Made by a program: the position numbers and the translations under genes. Below are positions 10,831 through 23,912 of a DNA stretch of 64,000 bases, one piece after another. The first letter of the stretch is position 1. The number at the start of each line of letters is the position of its first letter. The stretch covers positions 62,001-126,000 of the forward strand of contig CDMY01000276.1 in the NCBI GenBank assembly GCA_001179505.1, given 5' to 3'. The notes below the pieces were generated by a model. That model did no database searches. It was given only the letters and a program-made list of their open reading frames with translations, and was not told the DNA's origin. The DNA comes from Vitrella brassicaformis CCMP3155. Lineage: Eukaryota > Protista > Chromerida.

Positions 10831-13800
10831 CCGGTTCCGAATATCCATCGCTGGATGAAAGGCACAAAGTGCTCATCCTTCCCGGCGGCGTTCTGAAGCT
10901 GAACCAACCAGCCCACCCAGACAAACACACACAAAGTCCAGCTGCCCTCCTCTCCCCTCTCCCCTCTCTCCTCTGCCCTCTCTCGCCACAGCCCATGTCA
11001 GCTGACCTTGTCCATGACGCCGCGCCCGTCGAGCTCCCTGCTGCCCTCTCTCGCCTCGTCCAGAACCTTGCGTAGCACGCCCGACACGCCCTCATCGCCC
11101 ACCATCCGACAGAGCGCGTGAAAGACCAACACCGACTTGACGCGCAGGAACGAGGAGAACAGGAAAGAACTGCATGCAGCCCACACGGAGGGACGAAAGA
11201 CAGACAGACAGACAGAGGGGTCGTGTTTCTGTGTGGGGGTCTAGAGGGGGGAGGGGGTTGCACACGTGAAGCTGGTGTGGTGAGGGCTTGCGAGTGGCCG
11301 TTCGTCTCGCCCCTGCTGGATGTATCGGTGCAGCCGCTCCACCAGCCGCCACATGCGCACCTTGGCCTCGTTCCGCCCGCCACCCAAACCAGCGGCATCC
11401 TGGGAGAAGGGCGCGATCGACGCGTCCTGCACATACACACACACATACATACCCACACACGCACCGATCGCATTGCTTTAATGCATCAATTGACGGGTGT
11501 GTTGGGTACTTACTTGGTCTGCGATGCTTGTTTTGAACCAGAGGATGGCCATGTACTGCACCAGGCCGGCCAGGAGCCACCAGCTCTCGTTGGCCTCGGT
11601 CGTGGCGGACCGGGGCGTCAGCGGCACATACAGAAAGGTACCGAAATACACTGACGCAAGACCCTGCACACACGAAAAGACACACATCCAGGCACTTCCC
11701 CCTCACGCCCCCACCCTTGAGTCCCTCACCTCCACGAGCCGTATCTGCGCCTCGGACCGCACGTCGATCTCGCTGACGTCATGCAGGCCCCCAACGTCCA
11801 GACACACAGTCGAACCGCTCACACACACGTGTGGCAGCCCTTCCCCTTCTCCCCCTCCCCCTCCCCCTCCCCAGCCATGCACCAAAGGCACGTACACGAT
11901 CGACACTGACTGATAGGGGTAGCTGGTCAGCGTGTAGTTGGTCATCACTGAGAGGGCCCGGGCGCAGTGGCCTGTCGAGTGCCGCAGTGCGCGGCTGTAT
12001 GGGGGCGGGGCGAAGGCCACCAGACGCTTCTTGGTGCTGCTCGGCTCGATGAATGCGGGCGGAGCGGAGGGGGCGGAGGAGGGGGACGGGGACGGGGAGG
12101 GGGTGGGCTTTGGCGGCTGCTTGTTGTCATCTTGCTTGGTGGCCTGCGTATACTCGTGTCGACACGTCCGCAAGACAGACACACAGACAGACAGACAGAC
12201 AGAGATGCAATCGCTCACTCACTGGCCGATGGATGGAGTGACTGACTCACCTTGTCTCTGTCCGTCTGCACTCTTGAAGATCCGATCTCTGTCGACTCGA
12301 TGATGACTGACCCCTCCTCAGGCACGGAGTGGAAGTCCACCTGCCGACACGTCAAGGGGCCCGCATAGCAACACACCTCACCCACTGAGAGATGGGAGTG
12401 TGGCGACCTGACCACATACACACACACACACGCGCATGTGGCATCAACCAGACGTTTACCTAGGCCGGTTTGTTTTGTGCGTGCTGACGTACGTGTTTTC
12501 CCATTTGGTGGTGCCGTCGTGTCTGAGCGGCTGGTCGGCCGTCAGCGAACGGGGGTGCTGATGGATGGATGGATGCAGGGAGTGAGGGAATGACTGCATG
12601 TGTGACTTAAATACCGTCAAGTGTCCCGGCCCGACGGCCCAGTAGTCGTTGGTCGAGGGCACCGTCGTGTACTCACACACCCACTCCACCCTACACACAC
12701 CCACACCAACACCCACACCAAACCCGCACACATCGACCCTTTCACCGTATGGTATGTGCAGACAGACGGACCCACCTGACCCACCTGCTTTCGAAGGCTC
12801 CACACAGATGAGGTATCCAGGAGTGTGTGGGCGAGTAGGCCCTCTCCGCCACAAAATACACCCACCCCTGGTCCACGCCCGCCCCAGCCATCCCAGCGTC
12901 TCCATGGAGCCCCCACACGTCTCTCTCGCTCAGCACGGGAAGGTGCGGCGCGTGCAGGAAGTAACAAGGGCTCGTCAGGGCGCTGGGGTCCGCCCACGTG
13001 TAGGCGATTGCCAGGATCACCCGTGCAAAGGACGAGGGCGGTGCTGGTGCGGCGGGAGGGGGGATGGTCGCCTCGTCGATGGGATGGGCCGGCTGACACA
13101 CACACACACACACACACACGCACATACAGAACGTGTGTGTGGGAGAGGGGAGGGGAGGGAGAGTTGTCCTCCCCTCCCTCCTCTGTCTGTCTGTGTGTGC
13201 GTGTGTGTGTGTGTCGGTACCTACCTGTCGAGTTTGCAGGGGTGCCGCGTTGAGGATATCTTTGGAGATCCGGATGTGATAGACGTTGACCTTGAGGCTG
13301 CTCTGGGATGACACATGCGCCTGCAGACAGACAGACAGACACGCACAAACAGATAGATACTCGTCTGTTCGCTCCTGAGAGTGACCGGATGATTGATCCT
13401 TCCACCACACGGCCTCACCCGCTTCTGTTCCTCCCAGTCTAGCAGACTCCTGCGGTGCTTGAGATTGGCGCGAAACGGGTAATACTGACAGAACCAACAC
13501 ACACACATATTCTATTCCATGGCGCATTTCCGAGCTCACCTACCTCATCGGCCATCTCTGGCTGGGCATAGGCCGGCGGCATGACCGCCACGCCCTCGCT
13601 CTCGCCGTTGGCCCGCACACCGGCCCACTCACAGGGCCCCTGCGGCCACTGCACCTCCACACACACATCGTCGCCGAACAGCGCCCGGTGTGAGCCTGAT
13701 GAGCCGCCCTCGCCGACTCTCTGCCGCTTGCTGGGGAGGGTGTTGTTGATGGCCTGCACCGAGGGCACCATGGGGATGTCGCACGTGATGGTCGTGGTGC

Positions 13801-13888
13801 ACTCGACGCGGCGCGTGTCAAAGTCGACAGTGGCGGAGAGGTGCTGGGAAATAGGGATTACCTCGTCCATTGCTGCCATTGCTGCCAT
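5853..13888 (-). CDS. TAF2: TFIID subunit TAF2 (M1 aminopeptidase-like fold) with a C-terminal bromodomain; many exons, spans an N gap
   Basis: N-terminal QHLSATVDFDTRRVECTTTI. TAF2 motifs MWLHQLFYGSSVTGQLEAIAAL, LKPNRFR..SEYLFLQGLLKAIA and LLENDNSLNR..YTDAHYLANAIDSL. C-terminal DLSTVRGHLETGSYTQPEDFRRAMMRI...NSPESQVVDGFQQLFQQLY resembles bromodomain helices. Confidence 0.9.
6307..6606. other. Assembly gap (300 N) inside TAF2
   Basis: Run of N next to a poly-C tract. Confidence 1.
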
Positions 13889-14184
13889 TGCTGCCAGTCG
13901 CTGGCAGGAGGTAGCTGGGATATGGCTGCCTGCTCACTCACGTCAGTCAGTGTTGAGTGTTGAGATGCATGTGTCAATGAGTTGGTCGTTGACAGCTGAT
14001 GATCAGCTGACAGGGCTTGGCAGTGCATCGGCGGCGCATCCAGATCCCTGCGGAATGCGCTCTGAGATCCCAGATTCCCGACGGAGCGAGCTCAGCTCGC
14101 AGGATCGCTCGACAATGCGCTCGAGTGTTGTTGTTAGGAGCATGAGAGGCAGACCTTGACTATCCATAGCTGACGTGCATTTCC

Positions 14185-16655
14185 ATGTCTGAGCAAAGTG
14201 GACTGTCACCGCCACCGCCACCGCCACCATCGGCAGCACCACCATCAGCCAATCTCAACCCAGACCACCAGCAGCCGCCTTGTCCCCCGCTGGACCCTCC
14301 CCCCAACCCCATCCCCAACCCCATCGCCGCCAGTGATGCAGACATCTACTCGCCCGAGACCATCAACGAGCAGGGGTTCTTCGACGCTGCCCGGTTCCAG
14401 CGGCTCATGCACTTCTATCGCCAGCAGAGCGATCCCACCCTCCAGCGCCTGCATCCCTGGCGCAGGGGACACAACGTCCGCCGCATCAGCCAACTGGAGC
14501 CACTCGCTGGCCCAGCTGGCCTTGAGGTGCTCTCGGGCGGAGATCAGCCTGAGCGAGAGGCGGCTACCGTGCAGCAGCAACGGAAGCGAAAGCTGGCTGA
14601 CAATGGTGGTGCTGACACGGCCGACTCGACGACGCTTGTGCGGCAGGACAGCGACATGCTGGTGAATGGAGTGGAGAGGGATGTGTTCAGCGGCAATGGT
14701 GGTTTGGAGGGGGAGGATGTGCGCATGGCCGACCACCCTGCTATCGACGCTGCGGATGGCGGCAGGGATGGGGATGCCGGCAACAGCCGCATGGAGCTGA
14801 TTGACAGTCCGAACGATGAGTCGAGTCCCGCAGCAGCCAGAGACCCCTGCTACGCCGCCCACAACAAATCTTCCATCACGCCGATGCCGAGACGGCCGAC
14901 CAAGGCGGCCAAGCAGGGCCCGTTCGCCGACCTGCTCATGCCGCCGAGGCAGGAGACCTTTGCCACGATGGCCGCCGCCGACATCAGCAGCATCCAGATC
15001 GACCGCATGTCCCCCCTGAAGGCCCGTCAGGCCCGCCCGTCGCCCCACAGCGACCACACGTCCTTCTACAAGACGCGCCCGGCAGAGAAGCTCCGTCTCA
15101 TCCTGGACATCGACAACACCCTCGTCCACACGGTCCAGGTCGGCCATGTGGCGCAAAGCAACTCCGGGGCGACAGGCGTGCCCTACAAGCTCAATGGTGC
15201 CGATTTCCTGGACAGCACGGGAAAGCCGGAGCTGTACATATGGCGGCATGCGGGGGCGGAGGGGGGGGAGGGGGGCGGGGGCCAGCAGGGCGCCACCCCC
15301 CTGTACTACTACATCAAGCTGCGGCCGGGCGTGAGGGACTTTCTGCGGTCGCTGGCGCCGTACTACGACTTCGCCATATACACCAGCGGGGTGCAGGTCT
15401 ATGCCTACGTCGTGCTGGCCATACTCGACCCAGAGAGGAAGCTCTTTGCCGACAGGTGAGTGACTGAGGGAGGGAGGGAGGGGAGGGTGTGCAGCTGGAT
15501 TGTGTGTGCGTGTGTGTGTGTGTGCAGGAATGTGGTGTGTCGCGAAGAGAGCCAGCCCAAGGAGGACACCAAAGAGCTCAAGTGGGCAGCGAACCCAACA
15601 CGACCACACACGCATGGCATCGCATGCACCGCACGAACATCCCATCCACCGATCCATCCCATCCAATCCAGTCCATTCACTCACCATTGTGTGTGTGTGT
15701 GTGCGTGTGTGTGTGCAGGAAGCTGTTCGAGGACCCGCGTGACCGTTCCATATCGGTGATAGTGGACGACAAGGTGGGCGTGTGGATCAACCCCTCAGAG
15801 CAGCCGCTGGTCATCCAGTCGGACCCTTACATGTTCCTCAACACCACCCTCACACACAAGGCCGTCCCCCCACCGCCCCTCTTCAACCACCAGCACCAAC
15901 TCATGGCCGACCAGGCCAACCTCTACGCCGGCATCACCACCGTCGTCACGCATCCTGCCTTCGAGGGCAGGTACGAGCGGCTCCCGGACAGCGACAAGCA
16001 GCACGAGCTCACCACCGAAATATTCAAGCTGTTCAACGGCTTCACACTGCCGCTCAAGAGAGAGGGCGACGGGACCACTGCCAGTGCCAACGGGGTATCT
16101 GGAGGCGGCGGGGGCGGTGTGATGGACTCGGACCGGCAGCTGTGCTACCTCAAGGAGCTGCTGCTCAAGCTCTACAGGCGATACCAGATGGAGGGCGGAC
16201 GCAGAGAGTGAGACCACACACACAACCACACACACTCCACCCACCCACCATCCATCGAATGCACTTCTCTGTCTCTGGAAACGTGTATGTATTGTGTTCA
16301 TGGATCAGGGTCCGATCGCTGCTGAAGGACATCCGCCAGGAGACCCTCCAAGGTGTCAGGATGCAGTTCGCAGGCTTCCTGGGCACACATTCTGAGTGCC
16401 GGGGCCACGAGACGCTCACGTCGTCGCCCAACCAGCGTGCGTACGGTCCGTTCGGGTGGGTGCAGCAGGACGAGCTCAAGAAGCACCTGGAGAGCATGGG
16501 GGCCGTCTTGACCGCCGACAAGGACCTCAGGAGCGACACTACACACCTCGCCGTCTGGTCCGAGCTGCAGAGCGGATCCAAGATCGACACCGTCAGGTCA
16601 GTCTGTCTGTCTGTCTGTGATCTGATGTGCATTGCGCGGATGCATCGGCCATCCA

Positions 16656-16694
<39 letters not shown>

Positions 16695-17201
16695 CTGTGT
16701 GTGTGTATATGTCTGTCTGTGTGTGTGTGGATCAGGCAATGGCGGCAGCAGGGTGCGTCGATCGAGTGTGTGCACTGGTCCTGGATCCAGGCGTGCGCCT
16801 CAACGTGGACCAGGCTGCCGGAGACGCTGTTCGAGCCGCTTCCCCTCTACGCCAAGATGCCCTTCCGCGACCGCGATCTCAACACCCCCATGCCCCAGCA
16901 GGCCATAGAGGTGGCCGGCCAGACCGTCTCCAGCACCATCAACATGTACATGAAGACCATCTGGGACCACACGGGATCGCTCGCGTCGTCCGCCAGGCCC
17001 AAGAAGGTGTGGAAGACCGCCAAGGCCGCTCAGACCGGCAAGGGCGCCAAGGCCTTCCGGGAGTACGTCTGTCCCTGCGCCAAGGTCGAAGGGAACCTCG
17101 TGGCGGGCCTGGGCGACGTCGTGCGGCTCAAAGGACGGTCCGCTGCATCCACGTCGGCTAGCATGGGGCCGGAGCTGTTCATTCCATCATCATTCAGCTG
17201 A
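14185..17201 (+). CDS. FCP1: FCP1/CPL-type RNA polymerase II CTD phosphatase (HAD/NIF domain plus BRCT); 3' end uncertain
   Basis: LRLILDIDNTLVHT (DxDxT), YIKLRPGVRDFLRSL, IYTSG..YA..VL.ILDP and VIVDDKVGVW. BRCT-like segment LQGVRMQFAG...TTHL...VHWSWIQAC..W.RLPE. Confidence 0.87.
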
Positions 17202-17877
17202 TTCACCTGGATGATGGGGTGGGTGGTGGGTGTGCGTATCGGTGCGTCCAATGCCACGTGTTGTGTTGCGTGCATGGTGTGTGGGGTGCGGTGTGGTGTG
17301 GCAAGGCGCATGGTGTGGTGCCCCGCACAGAGGCACACATCATGCCAACGGATGGCGTGTGCGTGAGGGCCGCAGAAGGAGAGCTAGGGAGAGCTGCAGC
17401 CCTTCGGAGTCGGAGATTCAACGGCCGCTTTAACGGCCAGCGGAGCGGTCGAGATCTTTTACATACCGACAGTCTGATCAATCTGATCTGGCGCCAAACA
17501 AGCGCTACGGCCCGCTGACAGCAGAGGGCAAAAAAGAGTTGACAGCCTTCTGGTCACGCACAAGGGCTGGCATCATCGACACACTCGCACAAATGGCTCG
17601 TGACGTGCAGCAGCATACAGACAGATAAGACAGACGGCAGACAGACAGATAGTTACATGCACACGTGCGTCACATGCCTGCCCCCTTCAGTCCTTCCTTC
17701 AGATCTGACACAAATGATTAATGCCCTCCCTTCTCTCTCTGGGAGCTGGCTACCATCCATCACAATGGATGGACCCACAGACTGTCCCTGAATGAATGGA
17801 TGGATGCATGACCATGCATGACGCTGACTGACTGACTCACTCGCTGACTCGCTCAACCGTCCGTCCGTCCGTCTCTG

Positions 17878-18327
17878 CTACTTGCTGGAAGGCGGCTTCC
17901 ATGACTCGGGGATGACGTCGAAGAGCTTCCTGCACGTGCTGTAGGTCACCTCTCTCACCTCCTCAAATCCTTTGGCAAAATTCTCCGTCTTCGGAAGCTT
18001 CTCGGGCGATGGATTCTGAACACAAAAAGCACCACAACCAGCCAACGCAGATAGATGCACCCACCGGGATCAGTCAATGAATCATCTGTGTGTGACAGGG
18101 TCCCTGCGCACCGTGAGGTACTCGTCGGCTTCTTTGAGTCCCCAGCCTAATCCCAACCCCGTGCCGATGCCCGTGAGCAGACACCTCATGGCGGCTCCCT
18201 TCATGAACACCAACGCCATGAGGCCGCCGCCCACCATGCCGAACCCCGCCTTCGCAGCTGCATTCACCGCCAGCCGGCTGTAACTCTCGGACAACGGCGG
18301 ACTTTTGCTTTGCGCCGCCTCACTCAT
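17878..18327 (-). CDS. MIC10: MICOS complex subunit Mic10-like, 2 exons
   Basis: SRLAVNAAAKAGFGMVGGGLMALVFMKGAAMRCLLTGIGTGLGLGWGLKEAD: two Gly-rich TM segments including GxGxGxG. Phase-0 intron to NPSPEKLPK...KPPSSK*. Confidence 0.72.
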
Positions 18328-18478
18328 CCTGGAGCTCCAAAGTGTGCGAGCTTGGATGAGGGAGCTGAGATCTTCCTCCGCCAGGCCGATCCCAAGCGTG
18401 CAGATGGCGTTGCCCTGACTGCAGATCTTTGAGGGTTCATGCCTCCGTCGGTGATTTTGACAATAAGCAGAAAGAAGA

Positions 18479-20144
18479 ATGGCTCATCCTCGTCAACGAC
18501 GGCAGCAGCGTCAGCATGAACGCCCTACGTTCCTCTGCGCCGTGACCGTCGCGTGTGTGGTGTCGTCGGCCGCCGCCTTTGTGCCCGTTCAGCTCATTGG
18601 AGGCGAGAGGGGTCTGCGGCCTGCTCCTGCTGTCAGGCAAGGCCATCATCATGACTCACAGCAAAGGAGGGCTTCAACGCTCTTTCTCACAGGTAGCATG
18701 CACCAACCAAACCTCACCCGTGTGCTGTGCTGCAGATGCGGGCGGGAGTTCACTCTTCTGTATGTGTGTGTGCCTTTGTGTGTGGCGTGGGTTGAACTCC
18801 TTCCTCATCAGGTCTGTCAGATGAAGCACCGGGTGTGGGTGGTGGGGTGGATGAGCGCCGTGTTGAGTGCCTCAAGAGCCTCAAAGGCGTCATCGACCCT
18901 GATCTGGGGCAGGACATCGTCACGCTCGGTGAGTGAGGAATGTGTTCAACAGTACAGACATGCACACACACACACACACGTGGGAGAAGTGTGCTAGTGA
19001 CACTGATGTGCCTGGCTGGCTGGCTGGCTGGCTGGCTGATGATCCATCAGGTTTTGTCAAGGGTCTGACGATAGATGAGTCGACGGGCAACGTGGCCATG
19101 ACGGTCGAACTCACAACGCCCGCATGCCCTATGAAAGACCAATTCAGGTGCGTCGCTCCCGCCAGCCTCAGAACACACCATAACACACCATAACACACCG
19201 CACCGCGCGCACACACGCAGACCCACGTACGCGGTGGCCTGTCCATCTCTCCCCTCTCTCTCTCTCTCTCTCTTTCTCTCTGTCTTGCAGAGAGAGCATC
19301 ACGTCAGCGCTTGAAGTGCTCCCCTGGGTGAACGGCGTGGACATCACTTTCACCTCTCAGCCCATCGGCACACGCCCCTCGCCACTCTCACTCGATGGAC
19401 AGAGGCAGCAACACGCCCCTGGTACCCATGTGCACACACACACACACACACACACATGCACATGCCCCCAAAGAATGACACACTTTTGTGTGTGTGTGTG
19501 TGTGTGTGTGGATGCAGGTGGGACGTCCCGCGTGCGGGCGATCATCGCTGTGTCGTCGTGCAAGGGCGGGGTCGGCAAGTCGACCACCGCCGTGAACCTC
19601 GCCTTCGCACTCAAACACATGGGCGCAAAGGTGCGCATGGGCGAGGGGGGCGTGGGTCTGGACGGATGGATGGATGGATGGATTGGTGCGTGTGCCGGTG
19701 TGAATGGTGTGCTTTGGTTTGGTGTGTCGCGTGACATGACATGACGTAGGTTGGGATCCTAGACGCTGACGTGCATGGCCCTTCGTTGCCCACCATGGTG
19801 CGGCCGAGCGAGCCGGTGGTGACCATCGAAGAGGTCCCTGCCGAAGACGGACAAACCGTGCAGGTCAGCATTAGCATGCACGCAGCCATAGACAGACAGA
19901 TGGACGAGGGATGAAGTGTCCATGTTGCTCTGTGTGTGTCCGTCCGTCTGTGTGTCGGGGTGTGTCACACACAGATTCTGAAGCCGATCGATCACGATGG
20001 TGTGAAGCTGATGTCGTTTGGGTTCATCAACCCGATGGCGGCCGTGATGCGGGGGCCCATGGTGACCAACCTGCTGAAGCAGTTCGTGGGCTACACGGAC
20101 TGGGGCGAGCTCGACTACCTTGTGGTCGACATGCCCCCCGGTAC

Positions 20145-20179
<35 letters not shown>

Positions 20180-21865
20180 TGCACACCGTTGTCATGGTGG
20201 CGATGTGCTGGGTGGGTGCAGGCACCGGCGACATTCAGTTGACGTTGTGTCAGAGCCTCGACATCACGGCGGCAGTTATCGTCACCACACCACAGAGGCT
20301 CGCGTTCACTGACGTCGTCAAGGTCACCCACATGGATAGATGAGTGGATGGATGGATGGATGGATGGACAGCCCCCCGTGTGTGTGTGTGTGTGTGTGTG
20401 TATGTGTTGTCTTCTGTGCTCAGGGAATTGACATGTTTGACACGGTCAACGTCCCATGTGTGGCGGTGGTCGAGAACATGGTGAGACGCCATCGACACAC
20501 ACACACACACACCACACTTGAACACAAACCACCACATGGATGCGATGCACCCTTTACCAGGCGCACCTCACGACAGACGACATCGACACCGACCGCCTCG
20601 CCCGCGACATCGCCGCAGCCACATCCATGACAGACCAACAGCTGAGAGATCAGCTGTCCATTCAGAACGGTACACACATACACACACACACACACACACA
20701 TGAATGGATGGATGGATGGATGGATAGACAGACAGACAGACAGACGCGCGTGCGTGTGGCGTGTTGTCTGTCCCCCACAGAGGATGGTGAAAGTGTTGGG
20801 CGGGAAGAGCTCGTCCGTCGGTGCGTCGACCGTGCGCTGAGGAGCCCCGACGTGAGGCGGAGGAAACGGATGCAGCTCTTTGGCAAAGGGCACAGACAGA
20901 GGTGGGCGGTGGGTAGCGTGGGAGGGAAGTCATCACCCCTTCATGGGTGGGTGCGTCCTGTCGTCTCTTATGTTTGTTTGTGTCAGGTTAAGTGACATGT
21001 GGGGCATCGACAACGCCTTTTCTCTGCCGCTGCTGCCATCCATCTCGCGGGCCTCTGACTCGGGCACGCCATTCGTCGACACCGACAGTGACACAGCTGA
21101 CTCAGACAGTGAAACCGGAATCGGACCGGCAGAGAGGGAGGCCAAAGACACCTACAAGAATATCGCGCAATCTGTCGTGCAGGCAAGCGACCGACCGGAC
21201 CTTCGTGTGCAGTGAGTGCATCTCCGTGTGTGTGCGTGTGTGTGTGTGTGTGTGTGTCCTTAGGAGGTGGCGAAGCTGCAGTCTCTGTCCCGCGACAAGC
21301 GTCGGCCGGCGGTGCTTTATCTGTCTGAGGGCAACGAGCTGGTGGTGGCCTGGCAGGGGCAGCAGACGGCCATCCCTCCCGCAGGACTGAGACGTAAGTG
21401 CCGGTGCGCCGCGTGTGTCGAGGAGGGCACCGGCAGACAGCTTCTCGACCCCTCGGTAGGAGGGAGGGAGGGAGGGACACCCCAATACCCTCACACACAC
21501 ACACACACACACAGACAGAGTGCTTCACTCTGTCTGTCTCTCTCTGGATGGATGGATGGATGTGTCAGTCGGTGTCTGAGGATATCCGGCCGACGAGGTT
21601 AGAGCCCGTCGGCAACTATGCTTTGGGTGTCGACTGGTCCGACGGCCACAAGTCCATCTATCCCTACCGCGCCTTCGTCCCCGGCTACACGAGCAGGCGC
21701 GACACGGCGTACGAGCAGCTGGAGAGCTCTCGCGACAATGGCGACATTGTGCTGCTGCACAGGGTGCCCGCCACCAGGCGGACTGAGTCTGAGAAAAGGG
21801 AGACTGCCGCCGCTGCTGCGGCTGCGGCTGCTGCTGCTGCTGCTGCTGCTCCTGTGGCTTCGTGA
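18479..21865 (+). CDS. HCF101: Plastid Fe-S scaffold HCF101 (DUF59 + Mrp/NBP35 P-loop + DUF971) with bipartite leader
   Basis: Leader ..CVVSSAAA|FVP. DUF59 [15 protein letters not shown]...[14 protein letters not shown]. Walker [17 protein letters not shown], then [17 protein letters not shown] and VVENM. DUF971 [16 protein letters not shown]...[20 protein letters not shown]. Confidence 0.92.
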
Positions 21866-22351
21866 CGACTGGATGATCCGATGGATGGATGGATGGATGA
21901 GCTGTTGATAGGCGTAAATGGGACGTGCTGTGCTGTTCTGAGCTGTGGTGTGAGTGTCGTGTGTGCAGAGAAGATGCAGAGAAGAGCTAAGTTGGATGAG
22001 CGAGCGAACGAGCGAGCGGCCTTTTTGTGTGCGTGCTGTATGGATGCGGTGCGGTGTGGTGGATATCTCGACAGACACATTTTGAGTGAATTTTTCACAC
22101 GCACACACACACACACACACACAGACAGAGAGTAAGAGATTGCACTGAGTGCGTCGTTCGTGAGGAATGAGCTCAGACAGACAGACAGACAGAAAGACAG
22201 AGAGCTCGCTCTGTTGTTTGCTTCATTTGACAGAGCGGTGCAGACCAGACCCGAGCAGAGCAGAGCAGAGCAGAATATATGAGCCGAACCAACACATACA
22301 CACCCACACCCACACCCACCCGCACACAGACCGACTGACTGACCGATCGGC

Positions 22352-23841
22352 TCACGTGGCGGCCGCCATGCCGCCGTGGACACTGCGAACCTTCACGTCA
22401 AACCCTGCACACAAATCCTGTGATGATTCAGTCAGAAGACACGCCACCATCCCACCCACACCACACGGCCTTTCACCTTTCCGGCAGTATGTGAGTATCC
22501 ACTCCATCTCATCTGCACACACACACACACAGGGGCTCGAAACGACACGCCTGATGGCCCCATTCGTCCGTTCGTGTGAGTGTGAGCATTTCTCGCCTTG
22601 TGTGGGAACAGACAGGACGTCGTGGCCCTACACACACACACATACACACAGAGAGAGAGAGGCACACAGACACACCTTGCAGAGGGCCGGTCCTCTCTGT
22701 TCTGTCTCTCTCTGCACTCGTCAGCTTCGCCCACGTCATAGGAGATGATGTGCCCTAGCTCAGGCTCGAAGTAGCCGTTCCCAGTGTCGAAACAACCTAC
22801 ACAGACAGACAGACAGACAGTCTCTCTCTCTCTCACTCACTCTCTCTCACTCTCTCTGTCTCTCTGTAGCCATCTAGTTGTGTGTGTCTCTGTGTGTTTG
22901 TCCGACTGACCGTATGGTATGAGTGGTGAGGGCACTTCGTTGGTGAGGAGTGTGTTGCCGGCGGGCTGCAGACCGTGCAGCACCTCAGAGTAGAAACGCC
23001 GATCTGCATCGGTCGATACACACAGACAAAACACACACATGCACACGAACAAAGCAGCGCAGACACACACACACACACACTCGTGGCGCGTGGTGTACCT
23101 TTCCTTGTGAGGTATTGCCAGCCTCTGTCCTGGTACAGAAGACCATCGTTGAAGACATACTGACCCTGTCCACACACACACACACACACAGGGATGGATG
23201 GACAGAGCACGGCCGATCCTGTCCTCCCTCCATGTGGTATTTGTGTACCCCGACAGCGAATCCCCTGTCCCATTTGGCCACGTAGCGTCCTCCATTGGGG
23301 TAGATTAAGGAGCCGTCGCCATGGAACCTGTGTGGAGTGGAGGCACACAACACACACGTGTCCCTGCCTGTCCTGACAACTGACTCTGTCTGTCTCGATT
23401 GCACTCACTCTCCTTTGTGGAACTGCCCCTCGTAGACCACCCCGTTGGGAAAGCGATACCGACCGCTCCCCTCAAACCTGATGGAACGACCAACCATGTG
23501 TCACACATGCAAGGATGACCACACACACGGACAGACAGACAGACAGAGAGTGTGAGAGAGAGAGAGAGAGAGAGAGAGGAAGCGAAGCATCATCCCCCTC
23601 TCTCCGTGCGTTTGTGTGCTCGAGCCCGAGCAGGCCACAAACACCCACACCCACACCCACATCCCTACCAGCCATTTTTGAGTGGCCCCTCGTATGAGGT
23701 CCCGCTGAGGCGGCTCGTCGACTGGGTGACCGTCGCGGCGTCTGCAGGGGCGGCCGATGGCGGCGGGGCAGTGGGGGCGGATGCGGGGGTTGGGACAGTG
23801 CGGCTGGTTGCCTCTCGCGCCTCGTCCTGTGCGTCGCTCAT
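22352..23841 (-). CDS. MORN5: MORN repeat-containing protein 5 (flagellar), 8 exons
   Basis: YEGPLKNGWFEGSGRYRFPNGVVYEGQFHKGEFHGDGSLIYPNGGRY.AKW..G..GQYVFNDGL.Y..GWQY...DRRFYSEVLHGLQPAG.TLLTN...IPYGCFDTGNGYF...DEMEWILTYCRKG, collinear with MORN5 as I recall it. Confidence 0.9.
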
Positions 23842-23912
23842 CCCCTCAGTCAGCTCAGGATGAGAACCGAAGGGAAGGCGTGCCCAACACCGGGGGGCAG
23901 TTGCAAATTTTG

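Noticed and set aside
17199-17201. Selenocysteine or readthrough at the FCP1 TGA
   Set aside because: It would also need readthrough of TAA at 17431. No SECIS was recognised, and all other genes use standard stops.
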